Source of the DNA: Eledone cirrhosa
Lineage: Eukaryota
NCBI GenBank assembly: GCA_964016885.1
Contig: OZ024741.1
Span: 352,780,001-352,844,000, forward strand
Length of the DNA: 64,000 bases
Direction of reading: 5' to 3'
Positions within the stretch are counted from its first letter, which is position 1; each line of letters opens with the position of its first letter. The translations under genes were made by a program, and so were the position numbers. Shown piece by piece: positions 54,339-64,000 of the stretch. The notes under the pieces were generated by a model. That model searched no databases. It was not told the DNA's origin and saw only the letters and a list, made by a program, of their open reading frames with translations.

Positions 54339-57117
54339 CATCCTCATCATCATCATTTTATATGTTTTTTCATGTTAGCATGAGTTGGATGGGTTGTTGT
54401 CGACCGTTACAGTACTTAATCAGAGCTCTGTCCTTCTAGATGGGGTCAGGGGACCACACCTCACTCAGATATGTTTCATTTTGCCATGGTTTTGATGGCT
54501 GGAAGCCCTTCCCAATGTCAACTACTTTGCAGAGTGTACTGTTTATATATATATATATTTATATAGACCCAACCCATACTAGCATAAAAAACATTGAATG
54601 ATGATGATGATGATGATATATATATTGCTCTCCCTTTTTCATCTTTCCATCTGCCTCTTTCCCTGTCAGTCTCTTTCAAGCCTCTCTCATACAGCCTATC
54701 TTTTCCTTTTTCCTATATGCCTGCTTCTCTTTCGCTGTCTTTCCCTCTTTTACTTCTTTTGTCTCTATCAATGTCTTCCACCCTAATCTATCTTATTTTC
54801 ATGTCTACTCCCACTCTTCAGAAATATAATACTTCTATTGTAGTTCAATACAATATCAGATATACACATAAACATACATGTGTAACCATCATGTGTATGT
54901 ATACATACATATACATAACATATGCACAAACCTCTGACAGTAAATGTGAGTATAAGTATGTATGCTTATGAGTGTGTTTATGTGTGTGATATGCCTTCAT
55001 AATCTACATATAGTCTGAAACTTTTCAATGGATGATGATTGGGTGTTATTTTATTTTTATTTATTTATTGTGTCAGTGAAATAATTCTTAAAACATGAAA
55101 TAAGAGATTAGGTCATCTGGATCTAGTGGAAAGATTTCTAGAAGAAATAGCTGTGTTTGAAAGATCCATGCAACTTGATCAATGTTCCCAAACAAAGTGG
55201 ATATTATAATCTGATATTATGTGATAATCAATATAAACCAAACATCTCTGGTGCTGAGTATGATGTGTTGTGCTTTGTTTGGCTATGTTGTGTCAGTGTG
55301 TAGGATTCGATGTGCTATATATATATTATTATTTTTATCGTGATCTGGTGTGGTATAAGAATCAATTTGATTTAGTCCTTTTCTGAAGATTAATTGTGAT
55401 CAGATTCATATGATTCCTAAGCCATTTACAGAATGTCAGTTTTGACATCTGTATGCTGCAGTCATAGGCAAAGACCGACATATGATCTGGTCTTGTACAG
55501 AATTCTTCCAGATCCATTGCACTATGATAGTTAATGTTATCTAATTGGGTATAAAAATCATTATGATTACTGCTTATATTACCAATGCTGATATCATATT
55601 ACAAGTTATATGATCCAGTCTTGTCTGGAAACCTACATGATCCAATGTAAAAATCAATATAATCAATTCTATCTGATGGTCATTAAGATCCAATGTGATT
55701 TGAAGACATGTGATAATTTTAATTAAAAAAATGTTTGCTTATCAAACTGACGGAAAGAATCTATGTCTGTTGAAAGATGACTTTAAGTCTGCTGGATTCT
55801 CTTTTGAATGTTGAAATCTCATTTAATGAGATTTTTAAAATGAAGATTTTGTTTTAGATTTACATCTACAGTGTATTTTTATCTGTCTGATCATCTCCAT
55901 TCATCATCAGGTTTTTATTCCTGGATATATGTACATATAGTTTCAGATTCATATTGAAAGAAGCTTTTATTTCTGAACTATGTACATATCTAGAAATAAG
56001 ATGCTAGATGATGTACAGAGATCAACTGATTGAAATATAGTGTAGATGTAAATATTAAAATTATTTTAATTGATGAAGTAAATAAACCTCCCAAATTATA
56101 TTTTTATCAATTTTCTTTTATTCTTCATAATTCATTTTTATCTAATCTTATATGATCTTGTTTTATCTATTGAATTACTCTGGTTGGAGCGAGTGAGACT
56201 ATTTCTCAACATATTGGTCTTTGCTCTCCATTGATCCTTTTTATTGTGGGTTAATGTGTTGTTGACAGTGTACATAAACAGACATTGTACATATACTGCT
56301 AATTAATACTGCTAACTGACATGGGTTAGTATGTTATTAACTATTTTTACAAGACATGATCAAAAATAGCCAAGATAATGGATAGATACATTGCAACTGA
56401 GCTAAACAATCTTTCAGATGTATCCAAACACCTAAAATAGGGAGTTTTTTTTAATGTTTTAATCATTTCAGTCTTCATCTATCTTGAAATAAATGATTGC
56501 CAAAACTTCAGAGTTTGTTACTGTGTGAGTAATTATCCCAAATTGTTGCCTTATATTGTATATAATTAGTACAGAAATAATTTACTTTTTTGTTTAGAAA
56601 TTTTTCTGCAACTCAGGTTGTGTAATTTTGATTCGTTCAGATTTTAATGTAAGCCTGTTACTATGTGTTGCCAATTATTAAGACTAATTTTCTTGGCTCT
56701 GATTCAAGTGAAGACAAATAAATATTCAGAAACTTTGGACTTCTTTTATTAGTTTTATAAAGTAAAAGGAGTGGATTGTTAGAGTGTTGGTCAAAATGCT
56801 ATGCAGCATTTAATTACAGCCCTTTACATTCCGAGTTTGAATCCTGCTGAGGTCAACTTTGCCTTTCAACCTTCTATGGTCGATAAAATAAAGTACTAGT
56901 CTTGTATTAGGGTTGATTTAATTTACTTTCCCCTCCCCTCAAACTTCTGGCTGTGTGCCTCAATTAAAAACCATTAATTTTTATATATTATTCTGCTATT
57001 GTTTTTTTCTCATTATTTCAAGAAAATAATAATGGTTTAGATATATATATATATATATATCTGTCATTGTTTAATTTCTGTTCTATATTGATGAGTTTAT
57101 ATATGTATATATATATT

Positions 57118-57263
57118 CATTTATTATACCCAACTGATGAGTCTTGTTACTCTCGAGTTTCATCTATGCACTCACAGAATCATCGGACAAGATGTCTGAT
57201 AATCCTGTGAGTGCAGAGGTGAAACTCCTGAGTAACAATGCTCACCACTTAGACATAATAAAT
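57118..57263. mobile_element. Fold-back element with two decayed hammerheads (minus 57142-57192, plus 57193-57237)
   Basis: Minus: UCUUGU-CCGAUGA-UUCU..AGAU-GAAA-CUCGAGAG-UA-ACAAGA. Plus: UGU-CUGAUAA-UCCU..AGGU-GAAA-CUCCUGAG-UA-ACA. AATAAA follows each arm. Confidence 0.65.
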
Positions 57264-57949
57264 ATTAAAACTCTACTTCGGTATTGAGTACTAATTTTCA
57301 GGTCTGTCAATAATGCGCATGTGTGCACGCACACACAGACACACACCCACATGTATGCAAAAAGTAAACAGAAACAACAAAGTAAACAACACTGTACAAT
57401 GAAAAAATACATTAGTTTAATGCTTGATATCTTAGGAAATGAGTTTTGGACACTAGTCCTTCATCAGAATATAGAATGAGGAATAAAAGATGAAATAGAA
57501 AGATACAGAGTGAAAAGAGGAAGGAACAGAAAAAAGATTATGAGAAAAAGCACATGTGTATTCAGTCACCTGGATCTATCACCATTGCACAAAAACAATT
57601 TGATTTAATGTACCTGGAAAGGTCTATCAACTTTCAATAATAAACTATAAATTTCATTTTGAAAGGGCTTTGTACAGAATACATAGAAAATGTGTAGAAC
57701 AGACTAACAACAACAAATACCCAGGGAAAATGCATTTAACTGGGCTGTTAGTAGTTTCTGTTGCACCTGTCGTTAAATGCATAACTACAAATTTATAGTA
57801 ATTGCAGAAGCAAATAAATTTGATGCAGTTTCATCAGGAGGTATTATCCATTTGAAGTTGTATGCCATTGTAAAGCCTGTGTGAAGAGAGAAAGAGAGAA
57901 GGAGAGAGGAGAATACAATAAGTAATCCATTTTTTTTTAATGCAACATA

Positions 57950-58870
57950 TTGCTACCTCTTTCTATCCTTTCTCATCTCCTTTGTGACGTTCAGTTTCCT
58001 GAGATCGGCTTGGAAGTCTTGGCATTTCTTTACACAGTGGTCTGCATCCATTTACATTATGAGTCCATATCAATGCAATCTTCCCTCCAGCACACCAAAT
58101 ATGATTCCTTTTATATCTAGTTTTTCTCTCAATTCATCTGTTTTTTTTTATTCTTCCATATTAACATTATATATCCTGCAAACATGCTCGGTGCATTTCT
58201 TTTAAGCTTTTGCATCTATGAGGCTAATTGCACCAATGTCATTCCAGATACACTTTTCCTCAACAACATCTTGATGTACACTGACACATTGCCTTGCAAT
58301 CCTTAACACCTCATGCCTCTGATCCTCTCATTGTAAAAAACATTGGTAAACCTCTTGCTTTCAGCTCCTTTTCAAGCTATGTAAACCTTTCTTTCTGACT
58401 ACATGATATTATTCTTTGCTGCCCCCTTTCTTCCAGTCTTTCTAGGCTGGTCTTTTATATTTTATGGCTCTATCTACAGTTCCACCAAATCACCTTTCAT
58501 ATGGCTAGTAGCTTATACCACCCCCAGGGGTTGTTAGTGGCCTGCAATCAGTTGTCTTAGAAAAACTTCTAGTTGCCATCTATATCATAGCTATCAATTT
58601 CCATTATGAAAAGCATCTCTCAATTCATATTTCATTTTTAATTGAGAGATCGTCTGGTTTCTATTCTCTCCTTCTCCAGATTGTCCAGAATTTCTCAGTT
58701 CATGTAGATCCTACTTTTATGTCACTACTAATTTATGTTGGGGAGTACAGTATTCTGGAAAGGACTTAGCGTTCACAAACATCTGCCTATCCTGTTTTCT
58801 GATGAGAATGAAGTCAATGTGGCTTGTATGTTTGCCAGATTGCTAAATGGTTAAATGATTTGCATCATTG
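57950..58870 (-). mobile_element. Old, heavily decayed and internally deleted RTE fragment
   Basis: Nucleotide similarity to the RTE copies at 43500-44250 and 46200-46950. Confidence 0.6.
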
Positions 58871-59310
58871 AACTCTATATATGCTTGATTAGGTTTCAGT
58901 TGAAACCTAAACAATATAATCATGTTAAAAACACACAGATACATTCAGAGGTGATTTAAAAAATAGTCAAAGTAAGGCTTGGAGGAATTTAACAGACCTT
59001 GCTGTCAAAATTATCATAGGGGAGTGGATTAGCAGAATCATTAGAGCATCAGACAAAATGCTTTGCAGTATTTGTTCTCGTTCTTTACATTCTGAGATAA
59101 AATCCTGCTGAAGTCAACTCTGACTATTATCCTTCTGAGGTCCGTAAAAGTGCTAGTTAAATCCTTGATGATTTAATCAACTGGCAGTCTGTGCAAACAT
59201 GTATTGTATTACCATGTGATTCTGGGTTTAATACCACTTTACTATAACATTGGGTTGAAATTTAGTAGCTGGAAACTCTTCAGATGTCTGTGAAGGCCCC
59301 CTCCCTCTCT

Positions 59311-59357
<47 letters not shown>

Positions 59358-59362
<5 letters not shown>

Positions 59363-60040
59363 GGGAAAAATCGATAAGCCTGCATGGACCAAGCAGTAAA
59401 CCATGCAATTTGGGTGGCCGGTTCAGTTGATTTTCCACTGCTAGGGGCTACAGTAGGCAGAACAACTAACATTTTATGAGTAAAAAATATTAAACAGAAC
59501 ACAATGCATAATTGGTGTAAATTTGAATAAAATCGACTGCAAACTGTAGAAGTTGACGTCGATTCTTTTTAAAATTTAGTTTTTCTCTCAGAGAGTCTGA
59601 ATGAGATAAAAACTCGAAAAATCGGTTAGTCCAAAATAATGTTTGGTACACGAGGCATTGTTGTTCCAAATTTGAAGGAAATCGGTCGCAAACTGTAGGC
59701 GTTATAACGATGCAGATTTTTTTCATTCGTTTTTTTCTAGTCCAGGGGGTGCACTAAACAAAATGTTATGAGTCCAAAATAAAGTCAAGAACATAATACG
59801 TGTTTGTTCCAAATTTGAAGGAAATTGGATGTAAACTGTAGAAGTTGACAAAAATGATTTTTTTTTGAGTCGGTTTTTCTCCTATAGAGGGCGCAGTAGA
59901 CACAAATTTGAAAATGTAATGAGTTTCTATGAAGTTCAGGAGCATAACACATGTTTGCGCCACATTTGAAGAAAATCGGTTGCAAGTTGTAGAAGTTATG
60001 TGGAAACAGACACACATAGTCTATTTATATATATAGATAG
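59358..60040 (-). mobile_element. Helitron/Helentron-like non-autonomous element with ~4 internal subrepeats
   Basis: Minus start ATCTATATATATAAA..GTCTGT; motif AAATTTGAAGGAAATCGG..CAAACTGTAG repeated at ~59520, 59668, 59811 and 59963. Confidence 0.5.
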
Positions 60041-60563
60041 ATAAATATAATTGTTTCTACATTAGGCACAAGGCCAGCAATTACCCAGTGCATTACTGGT
60101 ACTTTATAGATAGATAAATATAATGGCAAGGAGGCGGAAGAGGAAAAGCTGCTCAAATTCAGTGCTTTAAACTCAAACACTGTGTGGTATTGAGATACAT
60201 CTCTTTATGCCAGGGCTAACTTTGCCATTCGTCCTTTAATCTGAGGCTTCGGTATGTTTTGTGAGACCATTGATGTGAATCTATAAACATCCTCTCCTAA
60301 GCAGGGACTTTTATTATGGAAGACCAACAGTTACCCATGCATGCAAGTCTCCCTTTCTCCCTTCATCCCACTGATATTGTCCAAGGGAAATGCAAAGACT
60401 GATATAGCTTAGCACCAATAACATTGCAAACAAACTCAGAATGCACAAGGCAATATATATATATCCAGGGAGTGTAACTTGGAGTTACTGTAGGTTCACC
60501 CGAGTGAGCACTCGATGTTTAGGTTGACTTCAGTGTCGAGGTGTAGAACTATACAGAGTGTAT

Positions 60564-60807
60564 TATAGTTAAATAAGATAACAAGGATGATTGGTTACTC
60601 ATTCATTACGTTTATTGGTTGGTGATGCGCGTTTCGCCACTGATCAGCTCAAGGTTCTTCCATTAACATTACAAGGGGTCTGACGAGTCGCGGATTACAG
60701 AGTCGGGTCAGATCAAACCTTGAGCTGATCAGTGGCGAAACGCGCATCACCAACCAATAAACGTAATGAAGGAGTAACCAATCGTCCTTGTTATCTTATT
60801 AACTATA
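60564..60807 (+). mobile_element. Fold-back element with long-helix-II hammerhead (60677-60751)
   Basis: Arms 60564-60656 and 60716-60807. GGU-CUGACGA-GUCGCGGAUUA...UGAUCAGUGGC-GAAA-CGCGCA-UC-ACC, then AATAAA. Confidence 0.7.
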
Positions 60808-63059
60808 TATATATATCTCATCATCATCATTTTACATCCGCTTTTCCCTGCTTCCAAGGGTAGGAAAGGTCCTATTCAGCACAGCATCTCTCCATTTGTC
60901 ACAGTCCTTTGTCATCTTCTCCATGAGCTTCAACGATCTGAACTCATATATATATATTTACATATATATACACACACATACACACATATGTATATATTAC
61001 AATGTATCATACTTAACACCTAATAATTCCACCAATGTATCACCCTGGACTGGTACCTTGGTTATCAACTCTGAAGGTATGAAAGACAAAGTTGTCTATT
61101 GCAGAATTTGAACTCAACGAAAGTGCAGAATGCCTGAACAAATACTACAAGACATTTCGTCCAGCACTCTAATGACCTTACAATTCACTGCCTTATTCTA
61201 CATTAATGAGATCAATATAAAATATACCAAAGTTCTGGGATCGATATAATCCGTTAGTCCTCAGAGGTGCTCCCCTCTCACTCTAGAAAAAAAAAAGCTC
61301 CCAAAATACCCCAAAACATTTTGCATGATATGACAGTACTAGGGAAGATAAATTGATTCTATTCTTTCAGATCCTTCTAGAAATTTTGTTTATGTGATAC
61401 TCCTTACTTGCTATTTCCAGGGTTCTGAAAATTACTTAGATGGTTTCTGACTCACCAGATTTCACCACACACTACTTTCTATGAAGTCTTTAAATTCATA
61501 CACATGTTGTCTCAGCATGGCCACAGTCTAGTGACTGAAACTAAGAAAAGAATGAAATACATACATATGTATATATCTACATGTATGCATGCACATTCAA
61601 ACACACACACATTCACATTAAAACACACACACACACATTCACATTAAAACACACACACACACATTCACATTAAAAAGATACACATTAAAAGAAACAAAAA
61701 GAAAGATAAATAATACAAATTTCTGTGGAGACTTCATAGTGAGACTCATAATATCCATTTAAAAGAAAAGGACATGGTTTAAATTTTCTTGCTTGCAATA
61801 AATATATTTGATTTAATAACAAAAAAGAAAAAAGGAAATATATTTTATTTATTCTTTATATTAACTTCTGAGGTCTTTCGTCATAAATCAGATATTTTAG
61901 ATTTAAAAACACTGAAGATAATGAAAATATGTAAAGCAACATTCATATAGCATGCACTGTGTCTTAAAGTGTGCATTTATACACAGTTATCCATTTTTTG
62001 TCTTCCAAAATACAGAGCTTGAGCCTTCTTGCACTACATACACACGCATACATAATGTTGTTTATAAAGAGGAGAAAAAGCACTTAATACAGGATGTAAA
62101 GAATAATCATATTTATTCAGGTGTTGTTTATGAACTACTTGAAATTTCATGATTACTCAATTGGCCAGGTGGACATTGAACTATAATGAAAAATTAAAAT
62201 TATTATTGATTTGAGAATTAGAAAAAAAATTTCATTATAGATGAATAATGTCAGCCTGACCCAATGTATCTAGGACATCATGCAATATATATATATATAT
62301 CATCATCATCGTTTAACGTCTATCTTCCACGTTAGCATGGGTTTAGACGGGGAAATATATATATATGGTAGTGCAAGTGACATAGTAAAATGCACTCAAT
62401 TCACCCCGCAAGGTGGTTGTGCTGGTGTCTCAATAAAATACATCCAGTACATGATGTAAAGTGGTTGGCATTAAAAAGGGCATCCAGCCATAGAAGCCAT
62501 GACAAAATAGAACATATGAGCAAGATGTGGCCATGTGAACTGTCCAGTCTTAGGTGATACTCTGTACAAGCCATGCCAGAATGCAAGACTGGCATAAAAC
62601 AATAATGATGATGATGATATATACCTATATATGTCCATACCAATGAAATCTCTCTTGCACATACTATATATATATATATATATTTTTTTCTTTTACATGC
62701 AGCTGATGATTCATTTCATCAATACCCAGGTTTCTCACCACATGTGTAACTTGCTGTATCACATGTAGTTAATGAGAAATTCTGAGTAGTCATCAGCTTC
62801 ATATTAGTAAACTCTGCTACAAGTATGGAGTGTGAAGGCTTGCCATCTAGTGGTTAGAGTGTTTGGCTCTCAATTGTAAGATTATAGGTTCAATTACCAG
62901 AGATAGCAGTTATGTTGTGTCCCTGAGCAAGCCACTGCATTTCACATTGCCCCAGTCTACTCAGCTGAGAAAAATGAGTATTAAGCAGCAACTCGGGGTT
63001 TAACTTTGTGATGAACTTGTGTTCTGTCTTGAGAATAGTCTTGTACACTTTCTTTCTTC

Positions 63060-63450
63060 TTCGTCCACTTATTCCTGAGAGGGTCGTGGGGGCAGAGTCC
63101 ACAAACACTCTTTCCAGCACGTCCTGTCAGAAGCAACTGATTCAGCAGGATTCCTGAGACCAGCCGAGCTCATGGATGTTGTCCAACCATCTTGCTCAGG
63201 CTCTGCCTCTGGGTCTCCTGCCAGTTGGTTTTGCCCATAAAATCTGTCCAGCAATTCTTTCCTGAGATATTCTAAACACATACCCATAGTATCGGAGCTG
63301 TGATCTCTCAATTCGGACAAGTAGAGGCTCTACCTGGAACAACTCTCTGATCTCTGAGCTATGTATTCTATCAAGTAACGTTACTCCAAAGACCCTTTGG
63401 AGAATTCCCATTTTGGCCACTTGTATTCGCAATCGTATTCTTTGTCATTA
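63060..63450 (-). mobile_element. RTE/Expander-like LINE 3' fragment
   Basis: RIQVAKMGILQRVFGVTLLDRIHSSEIRE..IERSQLRYYGYV..GRRPRGR. Confidence 0.78.
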
Positions 63451-64000
63451 TCCAGATTTCAGCTCTTTGTATACTCTCAGCCGCTTGATAAAGAAAAGTT
63501 CCATCCTGACTAGCATTTAGACTCAAGACAGACATTCTTGAAACATATATTAAATAAAATTTGAAAACGTGAGTGTCCCATATGCAGAAAATAAATGTAA
63601 AAGCAGTCAATCTCTATAGATAATAGTTTAGAAAATCGAGTAAATTACTGTTAGTCAGAAACACTTTTTTCTATCTGTAAGGGTAATTTACCCAATTTTC
63701 TAAACTATTATTTATAGTGATTGACAGTTATTATATTTATTTTCCACGTTTGTAACTCTTATATTTTCAAATTTCAAACACACTCCCAAGATTCCTGTAA
63801 TTCATAAGGTTCATATATTGAGTACTTTTTCTCCTGTTTTATTTTCATTTTTCCTTTAGTGAAAAAAAGCATACACACACACACACGTGCGCATGCATAT
63901 GAATTGTGAATTGTAATTGTAGAATGCAATTACATGAAAATAGCAGCATGAGTTTTCTTTCATTTTACTTTAGAGACAGTTTTCTTTCATTTTACTTTAA

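Noticed and set aside
57134-57140. CTGATGA on the plus strand as a hammerhead core
   Set aside because: It lies in the reverse complement of the 3' flank of the minus-strand HHR and lacks matching helices, so it is a chance match.

Overview
Very AT-rich, microsatellite-laden animal genomic DNA. The repeat families (tRNA-derived SINEs, RTE LINEs, long (TA)n tracts) suggest an octopus or other coleoid mollusc, but this is an inference. One host gene is visible: an LMO7-like PDZ/coiled-coil/LIM scaffold on the + strand. It has 11 phase-consistent coding exons from 23812 to 53824 (about 1037 aa); its 5' exons were not found. The rest is transposon-derived: RTE-clade LINEs carrying a PHD-like finger, Penelope-like GIY-YIG fragments, mariner/Tc1 relics, piggyBac-like and Tc1-like MITEs, Helitron-like elements and SINEs. 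The main discovery is a set of hammerhead-ribozyme (HHR) elements inserted in (TA)n tracts. Two are young, non-coding tandem arrays: a 466-bp unit at 4443-6578 with five intact minimal type I HHRs, and a 595-bp unit at 10041-11596 with an unusual U3-A8 covariant HHR and a large helix II insertion. A Penelope fragment with two HHRs and several decayed copies are also present. Most share one fold-back architecture, with a minus-strand HHR on the left and a plus-strand HHR on the right. They look like non-autonomous, retrozyme-like RNAs mobilised by Penelope-like elements. All structures were folded by eye; none has been tested computationally or experimentally.
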